A stretch of DNA of 64,000 bases from Chloroflexota bacterium. GTDB taxonomy: Bacteria > Chloroflexota > Anaerolineae > Anaerolineales > VGOW01. Within the stretch, counting starts at the first letter, position 1. Each line of letters opens with the position of its first letter. Of this stretch, positions 28,592 through 39,910 are shown piece after piece. The notes below the pieces were generated by a model that made no database searches, was not told where the DNA came from, and saw only the letters and a program-made list of their open reading frames with translations. The position numbers and the translations under genes are program-made. The stretch is from NCBI GenBank assembly GCA_016213135.1, contig JACRBQ010000079.1, forward strand, positions 139-64,138, written 5' to 3'.

Positions 28592-29497
28592 ATGCTATAC
28601 ACAAAGCCGTTGCAACGCCTGATGGGAGAGGCCGAGCCGCTGCCGCTGCTGACCTATGATCAGGAAAAATCCCTGGCGCGGCGGGTGGGAGCGGGGCATG
28701 TGGCGCGGCGGCAACTGACAAAACCTGCGCTGCCAACCGCCAACCGCCGGGCGCTGAGGCGCGAATTGACAGATGGCGAGGCCGCGCGCGAGGCGCTGGT
28801 GTTGCATAATCTGCGGCTGGTGCTGAATATCGCCGGTCGCTTCCGCAACGATTCACTCAACTACGACGACCTTGTACAAGAGGGCATCCTGGGCTTACTC
28901 AAAGCAGCGGACCGTTACGATCCCCGGCGCGGCACGCGCTTTGCCACCTTTGCGGTATGGTGGATACGGCAGAGCATTGGCCGTGCCATTGCCAACTTTG
29001 GCCGCTCGGTGCGCCTGCCGGTGAACCGGGTACACAAGATCAGCCAACTCCGGCGCATGGCGGCACAGCTTTCGCAGCAAATGGGCGACGAGCCGCAGAT
29101 TGAGGTGCTGGCGGAATCGGCTGGGGTAACGGCCAAGGCGGCTACCGAACTGCTGCAAGATGGGCAGGCAATTATTTCGCTGGACGCGCCGCTGGTGGAG
29201 GACGATCAGGATTCGCTGGAGCGATTTGCCGACACCACCGCCAGCGATCCCGAGGCGGCGGTGATCGACAAGAGCCTGAGCCGCATATTGGATGAGTCGC
29301 TGGCGCGGTTGGACGAACGGGATGCGGAAATTTTGCGGATGCGGTTCGGCCTGGGGGGCGGCGAGGCTCGACCGTTGCGGGCCATTGCCGACGATTGGCA
29401 CATGAGTCCCGAGGGGGTGCGGCAGATTAGCCAGCGGGCGCTCTTGCGATTGCGCGCCATGCCTAAAGTGCGGGGGCTGGCCGAGTATCTTCGATGA
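28592..29497 (+). CDS. RpoD/SigA-family (group 2-like) sigma-70 factor
   Basis: NLRLV, DLVQEGILGL, RFATFAVWWIRQ, VRLPV, ISLD, LRMRFGL; GAGGGG RBS. Confidence 0.9.
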   Translation: MLYTKPLQRLMGEAEPLPLLTYDQEKSLARRVGAGHVARRQLTKPALPTANRRALRRELTDGEAAREALVLHNLRLVLNIAGRFRNDSLNYDDLVQEGILGLLKAADRYDPRRGTRFATFAVWWIRQSIGRAIANFGRSVRLPVNRVHKISQLRRMAAQLSQQMGDEPQIEVLAESAGVTAKAATELLQDGQAIISLDAPLVEDDQDSLERFADTTASDPEAAVIDKSLSRILDESLARLDERDAEILRMRFGLGGGEARPLRAIADDWHMSPEGVRQISQRALLRLRAMPKVRGLAEYLR

Positions 29498-29514
29498 TAC
29501 TGCGGCGGTGAAGC

Positions 29515-29554
29515 AATGGGCCTGGCGGGAAACGTTGCCTGTCAGGCCCGTTTT
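29515..29554 (+). terminator. Probable intrinsic terminator
   Basis: aatgggcctggcggg...cctgtcaggcccgtttt hairpin between convergent genes. Confidence 0.55.
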
Positions 29555-29557
29555 GAT

Positions 29558-30037
29558 TCATCCAAAATACCGGAAGCCGGTTTCTTTGAGGGTGAGCGCC
29601 ACACCCTCGCGCAGCACCCCGGCCTCGACGACTTCGGCGGTGTAAAGTATGTGGTCGCCGGTGGGCAGCTCCTCCCTCACACGGCATTCCACCCAGCCCA
29701 GGGCCACGGTGAGGATGGGCGAGGCGGTGAGGGGTGAAGGCTTCCACAGGATGTCGCGCATTTTCTCGGGGTGTTTGGCAAAGGTCTTGCCCAGTTGCCC
29801 GGCCAGTTCGCGCTGGCCGCTTTCGAGGACGTTGACGACGAACGCGCCGTGCATGTCGAGGAGGCGGCGCATGTGGCTGTCGCCCTCGACGGCAATGGCC
29901 AGCATGGGCGGCTCGAACGAAACCTGGCTGAGCCAGTTGGCGGCGATGCCGTGGCCGCCCTCGCCATCTTTGGCGGTGACGGCATAGAGGCCGTAGGTGA
30001 ACATGCGCAGCACTGTCTTCCTGGCGGTGGCATCCAT
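29558..30037 (-). CDS. Flavin reductase-like protein (DIM6/NTAB family)
   Basis: YGLYAVT, QVSFEPP, GDH motif; AAGGAG RBS. Confidence 0.9.
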   Translation of the reverse strand: MDATARKTVLRMFTYGLYAVTAKDGEGGHGIAANWLSQVSFEPPMLAIAVEGDSHMRRLLDMHGAFVVNVLESGQRELAGQLGKTFAKHPEKMRDILWKPSPLTASPILTVALGWVECRVREELPTGDHILYTAEVVEAGVLREGVALTLKETGFRYFG

Positions 30038-30071
30038 GTGAGTCTCCTTGATTGGCTCCAGCGTACCACGA

Positions 30072-30693
30072 TTATGCAAGAAAGTTCTGGCGGGCCAACA
30101 CTTTGCGAACCAGCAGCGGGTGGGGCCGGTAGCGGTCTTCGCCGTAGTCGGCGTGCAGGGCGCGCATCACGGCGAGAACCACGGGCAGGCCAAGGGAGTC
30201 GGCCCACTGCAGCGGGCCGCGAGGGTAATTAGCGCCGAGCTTCATGGCGGTGTCGATGTCGGCGGCGGAAGCGATGCCATCGGCGAGGGCGGAGGCGGCC
30301 TCGTTGACGAGGCAGCACAGCACGCGCATGCGCACCAGGCCGGGGCCGTCGGCCACTTGCATGACGGTGACGCCCAGCGATTGCAGGAAGGCGCGGGCGC
30401 GGGCCAGGGTGGCCTCGTCGGTTTGCAGCGCCGGGGCCAGTTCCACGGTGTCGCCGAAGATCGGCGAGATGCCGGTGACGTGTTCCGGGTGGGCGGCCCA
30501 CGAGGCGTCTTCGGTGGCCGAGCAGGGGACGGCGGCGGTGAGGATGAGGGGAGCGGCCGTCTGCTGCAACAAGGTTTGTTTGGCGGCCTTGTCGGTGAGG
30601 GTGAGGTCGAGGGAGGCGTCCAGCGGGAGAGAGGGGTCGGTGGTGTGCCCGGCCCGGCGGCAGAGTTGCTCAAACATTTCGCAGACGAGCGGG

Positions 30694-30716
<23 letters not shown>
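30072..30716 (-). CDS. 3-hydroxyacyl-CoA dehydrogenase C-terminal-half protein (PaaH C-half-like)
   Basis: DGPGLV, NEAA, DIDTAMKLGANYPRGP, YRP; no GxGxxG. Confidence 0.8.
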
Positions 30717-32802
<2,086 letters not shown>

Positions 32803-32835
32803 GGGCAAACCCCGATCCTCGCAACCGGCTCACTT

Positions 32836-33708
32836 TCATGGATATTCGTAGAATCCTTTTCCCGTCTTGCGGCCCAGCAGCCCGGCTTCGACCATTTTTT
32901 GCTGGATGGGATGCGGGCGGTATTTGGGGTCTTCGAAGAAGGCGTGATAAACGGACTGGGTGACGGCGAAGTTGATATCGAGGCCGATGAAGTCCAAGAG
33001 TTCAAAAGGCCCCATGCGGAAGCCGAGGGATTTCATCAGCGCGTCTATCGTATGCGCAGCCTGCCCTGACGCGAAGCGTGCCGAAGGGCTGGCCTTCTCG
33101 CCCAGCAGGCGCAGGCTTTCGCCGTAAAAGGGGCGAGCCACGCGGTTGACGATGAAAGCCGGGGTGTCGTTGCACACCACAGGCGTCTTGCCGAGGGCGC
33201 GGGCAAAATCGAGCGCGGCGGCCAGGGTATCGGGCGCGGTGAGGTCGCCGCGCACCACTTCGACGAGGGCCATGAGGTGCGGCGGGTTGAAGAAGTGCAG
33301 GCCCAGCACTTGCGCCGGGCGGCGGGTGGCGGCGGCGATGGCGGTGATGGACAGCGAGGAGGTATTGGACGCCAGCAGGGCGCGCGGGCCGAGCAGGTCG
33401 TCGAGCTGACGGAAGAGATCGCGCTTGAGTTCCAGTTTTTCGGGAGCGGCTTCGATGACGAGGTCGGCGGCGGCGAGGTCGGAAAGCTGCGCGGTGGTTT
33501 TCAATCGGGCAATGGCCGAGTCGGCGGCGGCGGGGTCGGTCTTGCCGAGTTGCACCCCTTTGCGGATCGATTCATGAATGCGGTTGAGCGCGGCCTCAAC
33601 GATCTCGTCGTTGATGTCGTAGAGGATCGTGTCGAAGCCGCGCAGGGCGCAGACTTGCGCGATGCCCGCGCCCATGGCGCCGCTGCCGAGAACTGCTATG
33701 GTTTGCAT
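32836..33708 (-). CDS. 3-hydroxyacyl-CoA dehydrogenase (PaaH/Hbd-like)
   Basis: [45 protein letters not shown]; 10-aa repeat-derived insert. Confidence 0.92.
   Translation of the reverse strand: MQTIAVLGSGAMGAGIAQVCALRGFDTILYDINDEIVEAALNRIHESIRKGVQLGKTDPAAADSAIARLKTTAQLSDLAAADLVIEAAPEKLELKRDLFRQLDDLLGPRALLASNTSSLSITAIAAATRRPAQVLGLHFFNPPHLMALVEVVRGDLTAPDTLAAALDFARALGKTPVVCNDTPAFIVNRVARPFYGESLRLLGEKASPSARFASGQAAHTIDALMKSLGFRMGPFELLDFIGLDINFAVTQSVYHAFFEDPKYRPHPIQQKMVEAGLLGRKTGKGFYEYP
33059..33088. repeat. 30-bp REP-like element inserted in frame
   Basis: GCCTGCCCTGACGCGAAGCGTGCCGAAGGG; encodes [10 protein letters not shown]. Confidence 0.7.
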
Positions 33709-33716
33709 GTTTTGGG

Positions 33717-33787
33717 GACGCAGACGCTTCGCGCGCAGATGAACGCAGATTTTATTTGTATCTGCGGAAATCTGCGTTCATCTGCGG
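33717..33787. repeat. Inverted (CGCAGAT..)n / (ATCTGCG..)n 9-10-mer arrays
   Basis: cgcagatgaacgcagat ... atctgcggaaatctgcgttcatctgcg. Confidence 0.8.
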
Positions 33788-33791
33788 CCGA

Positions 33792-34577
33792 TTATTTGCC
33801 GATGAATTTCGGCGCGCGCTTTTCAAGAAACGCCGCCACGCCTTCTTTGTGATCAGCGGTGCGGCCGGCCGCGTCTTGCAGGTGGGCTTCGTAGTCGAGC
33901 GAGTCGCTCAGCGAGGCGCCGGCAGCGTGGAGCATGGCCCGTTTGGTGAGGCCGTATCCCGTGGTGGGACCCTGCGCCAGGCGGGTCGCCAGGGCGCGGG
34001 CTTGCGGCAAAAGGTCGGCGGCCGGCAGGATCTTGTTCACCAATCCGAGTCGCAGCGCTTCGGCAGAGTCGATCACTTCATTCGTATAGGCCAGTTCGAG
34101 CGCGCGCCCCATCCCCACGAGGCGCGGCAAAAAATAGCTGGCGCCGCTGTCGGGCGCGAGGCCGATGCCGATGAAGGCCATGCGAAACTTGGCGGTCTCG
34201 GAGGCGTAGCGAATATCGCAGGCGAGGGCGATGCCAAAGCCCGCGCCGACTGCGGCGCCGTTGACGGCGGCGATGACCGGCTTCTCGATGGCTTGCAGTT
34301 TGGCGACGATGGGGTTGTACGTTTTGAGCAAATGCTCGCGGAACGAGTGGCCTTCGGGCCGTTGGCGTATGGCGGCCAAATCCTGCCCGGCGCTGAAGCC
34401 TTTGCCCGCGCCAGTGAGCAGCAACGCGCGCGCGGCGGAGTCGCGCTCGGCGGTTTTGAGCGCGTCTTGCAACTCGGCGGCCATCGCATCGTCGAAAGCG
34501 TTGAGGCTGTCGGGACGGTTGAGGGTGATTTCGGCGACGCCGTCGGTGAGGGTGTAGAGGAGGGTGGTGTAGGACAT
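33792..34577 (-). CDS. Enoyl-CoA hydratase/isomerase (PaaG-like)
   Basis: LNRPDSLNA, FSAGQDL, VNGAAVGAG, GLAPDSG, FLEKRAPKF. Confidence 0.9.
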   Translation of the reverse strand: MSYTTLLYTLTDGVAEITLNRPDSLNAFDDAMAAELQDALKTAERDSAARALLLTGAGKGFSAGQDLAAIRQRPEGHSFREHLLKTYNPIVAKLQAIEKPVIAAVNGAAVGAGFGIALACDIRYASETAKFRMAFIGIGLAPDSGASYFLPRLVGMGRALELAYTNEVIDSAEALRLGLVNKILPAADLLPQARALATRLAQGPTTGYGLTKRAMLHAAGASLSDSLDYEAHLQDAAGRTADHKEGVAAFLEKRAPKFIGK

Positions 34578-34643
34578 GGCGGGAATGCGGAATGATGGCC
34601 GATGAATAATTATGCGCCAGGGCGGTGATGAATGCAAACGCAG

Positions 34644-35438
34644 TTACGGCCTCGGCGCATCCTCGCCCTCGCGCAGCACGGCAAGCATTTCGTCGTGGAT
34701 GAGTCCGTTGGTGGCGAGCAGGTCGGTGTGGGGAACGGGCACGGGCCGGTCGCCGTGGTCGGTGACGCGGCCTCCCGCCTCGCGCACCAGCAGCACCCCG
34801 GCGGCAATGTCCCACGGACTTAATCGGAATTCCCAATAGCCGTCGAGTCGACCGGCGGCGATGTATGCCAGATCGATGGCCGCCGATCCCAACCGGCGCA
34901 CGGCGCGGGCGCGCACGGCAAAATGGCCGAACTGAGCGAGGTTGTTTTGTGGATTGATGCGGAGGTCGTAGGGGAAGCCGGTGACGAGCAACGACCGGCT
35001 GAGGGGGCGCTTGCTCGACACGTGGAGGCGTTGGCTGCCAAGGTAAGCCCCCTCGCCCCGCGCCGCCGAGAAACATTCATCGCGAGTGGGGTCGTACACC
35101 ACACCCGCCACCGGCTCGCCGTGATGCAGCAGCGCCATGCTGATGCTGTAGATGGGCAGGCCGTGGGCGAAGTTGGTCGTGCCGTCCAGCGGGTCGATGA
35201 GCCATTCGTAGTCGGCGCCGCTGTTGATCAGCGCGCCCTCCTCGGCGCGAATGGCGTGATCGGGGAAGGCCTCGCGCAGGGCGGCGACGATGAGCGTTTC
35301 GGAACGGCGGTCGTATTCGGTGACGAGGTCGGTCTCGTTGAGTTTGAAGGTGGCGGCGCGGCTGCCGTTGCCGTCGGCCAGCAGCGCGCCGGCGCGGCGG
35401 GCGATGGCGATGGCGGTGGAGAGGATGGGGTTGGGCAT
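34644..35438 (-). CDS. suhB: Inositol monophosphatase family protein
   Basis: DLVTEYD, AEE, WLIDPLDGTTNF, GSAA, WDIAAG; TATAAT 6 nt before ATG 35438. Confidence 0.9.
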   Translation of the reverse strand: MPNPILSTAIAIARRAGALLADGNGSRAATFKLNETDLVTEYDRRSETLIVAALREAFPDHAIRAEEGALINSGADYEWLIDPLDGTTNFAHGLPIYSISMALLHHGEPVAGVVYDPTRDECFSAARGEGAYLGSQRLHVSSKRPLSRSLLVTGFPYDLRINPQNNLAQFGHFAVRARAVRRLGSAAIDLAYIAAGRLDGYWEFRLSPWDIAAGVLLVREAGGRVTDHGDRPVPVPHTDLLATNGLIHDEMLAVLREGEDAPRP

Positions 35439-35451
35439 GGGGGGATTATAA

Positions 35452-35525
35452 AGGATGAGGGGTGAAGGATGAAGGGTGAATGGGGAATGGAAAATGACGA
35501 ATGACGAATGACGAATGACGAATGT
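35452..35525. repeat. Heptamer arrays (GATGAAG)n and (AATGACG)n
   Basis: aggatgaggggtgaaggatgaagggtgaa...aatgacgaatgacgaatgacgaatgacgaatg. Confidence 0.8.
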
Positions 35526-35597
35526 CAGATGGTCGCTTTGCGTGAGGCGCAAGGCGTGACCGCTGACGGGCGGGGGCGATATGCTATACTTTGCGCC

Positions 35598-35852
35598 GTG
35601 CACACGATAGAGATCACGTATTGCGCCGTTTGACACTACACTCCCCGGGCGGCCAGTTTGGCCGGCGAACTGCTCGCGAAGTTCGAGATGAGCCTCGAAT
35701 CGTTGCGCGTAATCCCCTCGGATGACGGGCGGTTTGAGGTGACGTTTGACGGCGAGCTGATCTATTCCAAACTTGCCACGCGCCGCCACGCCGAGCCGGG
35801 CGAGGTGGCGGGGTTGGTGGCAGAAAGACTGAAAATGACGAATGAAAAATGA
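35598..35852 (+). CDS. SelW/Rdx-family selenoprotein (CxxU, Sec at TGA 35631-35633)
   Basis: GTG start; MHTIEITYCAV-U-HYTPRAASLAGELL continues in frame into ...GRFEVTFDGELIYSK; SECIS-like hairpin; TG-n-TATACT 7 nt upstream. Confidence 0.88.
35634..35666 (+). promoter_or_regulatory. Putative bacterial SECIS element
   Basis: Stem CGGCCA (35650-55) / TGGCCG (35659-64); apical loop begins with G, 23 nt after the UGA. Confidence 0.6.
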
Positions 35853-35894
35853 CGAATGACGAAAAACATCGTCGTTCGTCCATCATCGTTCGTC
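35833..35894. repeat. Inverted (AATGACG)n / (TTCGTCN)n arrays
   Basis: aatgacgaatgaaaaatgacgaatgacgaa ... gttcgtccatcatcgttcgtc. Confidence 0.7.
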
Positions 35895-35904
35895 ACAAAG
35901 GGAT

Positions 35905-36888
35905 ATGGCAAAAAAAGGACGAGTGTTTTCCGGGGCGCGACCGACGGGCCGCCAGCATTTGGGCAATTATCTGGGGGCCATCAAAAACTACGTGGCCCTG
36001 CAGGACGATTACGAGTGCGTGTATTGCATTGTGGATTTGCACGCGCTGACCACGATGGACGAGTTTGAAGACCTGAAGCAGAACACCGCCGAGATGGCGC
36101 TGGACTGGCTGGCGGCAGGCATTCGCCCCGATGAGACGATCATGTTTGTGCAGAGCCACGTGCCGCAGGTGACGGAGTTGCACACCATCCTGTCGATGTT
36201 CACGCAGTTGGGCAAGCTCACCGACCTGCCGACGTTCAAGGAAAAGGTGGCCCAGCACCCGCACAACGTGAACTACGGGCTGGTGGGCTACCCGGTGCTG
36301 ATGACCGCCGACATTGCGCTGTACAAAACCGACACCGTGCCGGTGGGCATCGATCAGGCCTCGCACATCGAATTTGCCCGCGAGATCGTGCGCACGTTCA
36401 ACCACCGCACCCAATCGAACGTGCTGATCGAGCCGCAGATGAAGAACACCGAATACCCTAAGGTGCTCGGCACCGACGGCGCGCAGAAGATGGGCAAGAG
36501 CCTGAATAACCACATTGAACTGGCGGCCACCCCCGAAGAAACGTTGGCCAGAGTCATGACGATGGTGACCGACCCGCAGCGGCAGCGGCGCACCGATCCG
36601 GGCCGCCCCGAGGTGTGCAACGTCTTCACCCTGCACAAAACCTTTTCGCCGAACGAACTGCCGATGATCGACCGCGAGTGCCGCGTGGCCGGCATCGGCT
36701 GCGTGGATTGCAAGAAGATTCTGGCGAAGAGCCTGAACGCCGACCTTGCGCCGTTCCGCGCGCGGCGGGCCGAGATTGCCAAAGACCCGAACCGGGTATG
36801 GGACGTGCTGCACGACGGCGCGAAGCGGGCGACGGCAATTGCCGAGAAGACGATGGACGAGGTAAAGGCGGCGGTGGGATTGCCGTAA
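35905..36888 (+). CDS. trpS: Tryptophan--tRNA ligase
   Basis: HLGN (HIGH), YPVLMTADI, VPVGIDQ, KMGKS (KMSKS). Confidence 0.96.
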   Translation: MAKKGRVFSGARPTGRQHLGNYLGAIKNYVALQDDYECVYCIVDLHALTTMDEFEDLKQNTAEMALDWLAAGIRPDETIMFVQSHVPQVTELHTILSMFTQLGKLTDLPTFKEKVAQHPHNVNYGLVGYPVLMTADIALYKTDTVPVGIDQASHIEFAREIVRTFNHRTQSNVLIEPQMKNTEYPKVLGTDGAQKMGKSLNNHIELAATPEETLARVMTMVTDPQRQRRTDPGRPEVCNVFTLHKTFSPNELPMIDRECRVAGIGCVDCKKILAKSLNADLAPFRARRAEIAKDPNRVWDVLHDGAKRATAIAEKTMDEVKAAVGLP

Positions 36889-36966
36889 GTCCCAAATCCC
36901 AAACTTCAAACTTCAAATTTCAAATGCTGACGATGTTAGCCTTTGTAGTTTGAAGTGGGGAGTTTG
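36889..36966. repeat. Inverted (CAAACTT)n / (AGTTTGN)n arrays
   Basis: cccaaatcccaaacttcaaacttcaaatttcaaa ... agtttgaagtggggagtttg. Confidence 0.7.
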
Positions 36967-36976
36967 ATTCTCGTTT

Positions 36977-37414
36977 ATGCGCATACTACTTCAACGAGTC
37001 ACCCAAGGTTCGGTCACGATAGATGGCAAGCTGGTTTCGGAGATTGGCCCGGGGCTGGTGATTCTGGTGGGGGTGGGCAAGGGCGACACCGCCGAGCAGG
37101 CCGACTGGCTGGCGGAGAAGGTTGCCAACTTGCGGATTTTTGAGGATGACGCAGGGAAGATGAACCGCTCGGTGCTGGAGGCGGGCGCGAGCGCGCTGGT
37201 GGTGAGCCAGTTCACGCTGTATGCCAACATGGACAAAGGCCGCCGCCCCTCGTTCATTGAAGCCGCCTTGCCCGAAGAGGCCGAGCCGTTGGTGGATCGA
37301 TTTGCCAAAAAGCTACAATTCGCCGGTGTGCCGGTGAAGACCGGCATCTTCCGCGCGGTGATGCAGGTGGAGATTCACAACGACGGGCCGGTGACTATCA
37401 TTCTTGAAAGGTAG
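36977..37414 (+). CDS. dtd: D-aminoacyl-tRNA deacylase
   Basis: QRV, LRIFED, SQFTL, GRRPSF, NDGPVT. Confidence 0.96.
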   Translation: MRILLQRVTQGSVTIDGKLVSEIGPGLVILVGVGKGDTAEQADWLAEKVANLRIFEDDAGKMNRSVLEAGASALVVSQFTLYANMDKGRRPSFIEAALPEEAEPLVDRFAKKLQFAGVPVKTGIFRAVMQVEIHNDGPVTIILER

Positions 37415-37421
37415 GAAAGAG

Positions 37422-37500
37422 TTGACAACGGATGTAACGGATGTGAACGGATATAAGCTGGTATGAAATCATCCGTTAAAATCCGTTTCATCCGTTGTCA
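37422..37500. repeat. Inverted (AACGGAT..)n / (ATCCGTT..)n nonamer arrays
   Basis: tgacaacggatgtaacggatgtgaacggat ... atccgttaaaatccgtttcatccgttgtca. Confidence 0.85.
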
Positions 37501-38272
37501 GGGTCTTTGGTTCAACCCAAACAACACTATCTATCTGCACGGCGGTCGCCCCGGCCTCCAACATCGCATCCATATCCGCTCGTGAGTGAACGCCGCCCGC
37601 GCCGATGATCGGCAGGGCGGTTTGTGTTTTAAGCTCCCGCACGAGGGCTAGGGCGCGCGGCAAAAGGGTGGGGCCATACAGCCGCCCGGTCACCCAGTTG
37701 CCCTCGCGCCACAGCGTCCCACGCGGCGGGGCGGTGACGGTGAGGGCTTGCGCTCCGGCCTTTTCGGCCATGCGGGCAAAGGCGGCGGCGCGGGCGTGGG
37801 GCAGGCCGGCGATGACGGGCTGGCGGGCGGTTTGGGCGGCGGCGCGCAGCAGCGCCTCGGCATTGGTCAGCGGCTCGTCGTCGCGAAAGCCGATTTCGAT
37901 TCCGGCCACGGAGTCCACCCGCTCCAGCTTTTCCACACAATTGATCAAATCGGATACGGTGTCGGCGGCGAGGTGAACGATGACCGGGCAGCCCAGCCGC
38001 GCCCATTTGCGCTCGTAGTCGCGCAGGGCGGCGGAGAGGCCGGGGTTGGGCAGGCCGGTGTGCACCAGCACTCCGCCGGGGAAGGGGACGACGCGCGTTC
38101 CCCGGGCCGGGGTGCGCGGGCGCAGGGTGAGCGGGTTGGTGACGAATGCCCCGAGGCGCGAAAAATCCACCAGCGAGGCGTATTCGTCGGCGAAGCCAAA
38201 CGCGCCGCCCCCGGCGATGAGGGGCGAGGCCAGCGGCAGGCCGGTTTTGTGGGAGGGGGCGAGGTCAATCAA
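37469..38272 (-). CDS. Dihydroorotate dehydrogenase-like FMN TIM-barrel protein with degenerate active site
   Basis: GLPNPG, GRLYGP, IIGAGGV retained; NxSCPN missing; TTG start. Confidence 0.7.
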   Translation of the reverse strand: MIDLAPSHKTGLPLASPLIAGGGAFGFADEYASLVDFSRLGAFVTNPLTLRPRTPARGTRVVPFPGGVLVHTGLPNPGLSAALRDYERKWARLGCPVIVHLAADTVSDLINCVEKLERVDSVAGIEIGFRDDEPLTNAEALLRAAAQTARQPVIAGLPHARAAAFARMAEKAGAQALTVTAPPRGTLWREGNWVTGRLYGPTLLPRALALVRELKTQTALPIIGAGGVHSRADMDAMLEAGATAVQIDSVVWVEPKTLTTDETDFNG

Positions 38273-38371
38273 ACGATGAATGATGAAGGCGGAATGACCT
38301 GCACCGCACGGCGCGCGGTTGCAGTGCGGGTGAATCGTGAAGGCAAAGGTTCATCGTTCCGCGTTCAGCGT
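38271..38371. repeat. Inverted heptamer arrays with nested 35-bp palindrome (38297-38331)
   Basis: ACCTGCACCGCACGGCGCGCGGTTGCAGTGCGGGT, 32/35 identical to 21694-21728. Confidence 0.85.
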
Positions 38372-39127
38372 TTGGGTTAGCCCATCGTCCGGCGCGCCAA
38401 AGAGGCGGTGGAGGCCTTCGACCGTGAGCAGGGCTTCGCGGACGGTGACGGGGCGGCCCAGTTCCTGCGAACGGCGGCGCACAAAGAGCGGGTTCTGCGT
38501 TTTGTGACACAGGGCGGCGGCTTCCTTTTTGTCTAGCACCGGCGACACGTCCAGCACGAGGTCGGCGGGGTCGTCGGTGTTGGCGAGGCGCGGGCGCGGG
38601 TGCTCGGGGAAGTTGGCGGCGAAGGTGTAGAGGAGGGGTTGGACGTCACCCTCACCCCCGGCCCCTCTCCCTGAGGGCGAGGAGAGTTTACGCAATGAGG
38701 CCACTGCTGCTAATGCCATTTGGTGCAGCAACACATGCGCCGGGTGGCCGTATTCGCCGTTGGAGCCGTGGGTGAGCACGGCGTCGATTTTGAATTGTTT
38801 GATGGCGGTGGCGATCTGCCCGGCCAGCATGACGGGGTTGTGCGCCGGCGCAAACAACTGCTCGCCGGGGCCAACGGTGGGGTCGGTGTAGCCAAGGAAG
38901 GTGAGGCTCTTGCCGCCGAGTTTGCCCACGGCGCATACCATTTCCTGCTCGCGCACCTCGCCCAGGTGTTCGCGATCGGTAAGGGGCGGTTCGCCGAGGT
39001 CGCCGCCTTCGCCACGGGTGAGGCAGGCCACGTGCACTGCCGCGCCACGGTCGGCCAGCAGGGCCAGCGCGCCGCCGGTGAGAATGGTTTCGTCGTCGGG
39101 ATGAGCTACGAGGCAAAGGATGTTCAT
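38351..39127 (-). CDS. PIG-L/LmbE family deacetylase
   Basis: AHPDDE, TRGEGG, YGHPAH; in-frame repeat insert. Confidence 0.9.
   Translation of the reverse strand: MNILCLVAHPDDETILTGGALALLADRGAAVHVACLTRGEGGDLGEPPLTDREHLGEVREQEMVCAVGKLGGKSLTFLGYTDPTVGPGEQLFAPAHNPVMLAGQIATAIKQFKIDAVLTHGSNGEYGHPAHVLLHQMALAAVASLRKLSSPSGRGAGGEGDVQPLLYTFAANFPEHPRPRLANTDDPADLVLDVSPVLDKKEAAALCHKTQNPLFVRRRSQELGRPVTVREALLTVEGLHRLFGAPDDGLTQTLNAER
38649..38686. repeat. CCCTCACCCC...CCCTCTCCC-type REP-like element inserted in frame
   Basis: ccctcacccccggcccctctccctgagggcgaggagag; encodes LSSPSGRGAGGEG. Confidence 0.75.
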
Positions 39128-39825
39128 GTTTCCAGATCGGCCAAATTAAAGAACGGCCCCTCGGTGCAGGCCGGCTTCCAGCCGCGCGCGGTTCGCACGG
39201 CGCATGCGCCGCATGCGCCAGTGCCGCAGGGCATGGGCGGAGCGAAGAGGGCGCGGGCAAAGCCGGCGGCGACGGTGGGCCGCGCCGAGGCGAGGGCCTG
39301 GGCAATGGGTCGGTGCAGGCTTTGGGCCGTGTGGATGAAAACGAGATCGGCAGTGGGCGCAAAGTCGGCAGCCAGTTCGGGCAGGCTGCCCACGCGGATT
39401 TCGAGGCGCGGGTCGAGGGCATCGAGGGGGTAGGGCTGGGCCAGCAGCAGAGTCACGCTTCCACCGGATTCAATGGCCCGGGCCGCCACCGGCAGCAGCA
39501 CGGCGGGAGTCTGGTCGGCGATGAGAAGGAGGCGCGAGGCGGCAGGCGGGCCGCCAACGGGCGATCCGGCCGGGGTCAGCACATCCACATCGGAGCCGGG
39601 CGCGATGAAGCGCAGAGCGGGATCGTCTTCGGCCAGATCGGCGGCGAAGCCGTTGGGGGTGATGACGGAGGGAAAGAGCGACCGGCGCAAATAGGGGTCG
39701 AAGGCGGGCGCCACACGCGCCAGCACGAACTGGCCGGGGGCGAGGGCGGCGACGCATTCAAAATGGAGCCGCACCCGTTGGCCGAGCAGTTCGATGCGTT
39801 GGCAGTGGGCGATGGTCTGGCGCAT
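39124..39825 (-). CDS. PyrK-like FAD/[2Fe-2S] electron transfer subunit (divergent)
   Basis: PGQFV, LRR, MPCGTGACGAC...CTEGP; TATGAT 7 nt before ATG 39825. Confidence 0.78.
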   Translation of the reverse strand: MRQTIAHCQRIELLGQRVRLHFECVAALAPGQFVLARVAPAFDPYLRRSLFPSVITPNGFAADLAEDDPALRFIAPGSDVDVLTPAGSPVGGPPAASRLLLIADQTPAVLLPVAARAIESGGSVTLLLAQPYPLDALDPRLEIRVGSLPELAADFAPTADLVFIHTAQSLHRPIAQALASARPTVAAGFARALFAPPMPCGTGACGACAVRTARGWKPACTEGPFFNLADLET

Positions 39826-39910
39826 GGCCTGCATCATACAATGCCCAATGCCCAATGTGCAATGCGCAGCCGAGGTGCTATAATCGGTTGAGAAAAGGAG
39901 GGCTTTCCCC

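Noticed and set aside
35439-35789. N-terminal extensions in the ORF track (suhB; also the MFS, ggt, meaB and 25578-27710 ORFs)
   Set aside because: The extensions run through repeats or neighbouring genes; downstream starts have better -10, RBS or overlap support.
35560-35904. T-box leader upstream of trpS
   Set aside because: The region is occupied by the Rdx selenoprotein gene and repeats; no T-box consensus seen.
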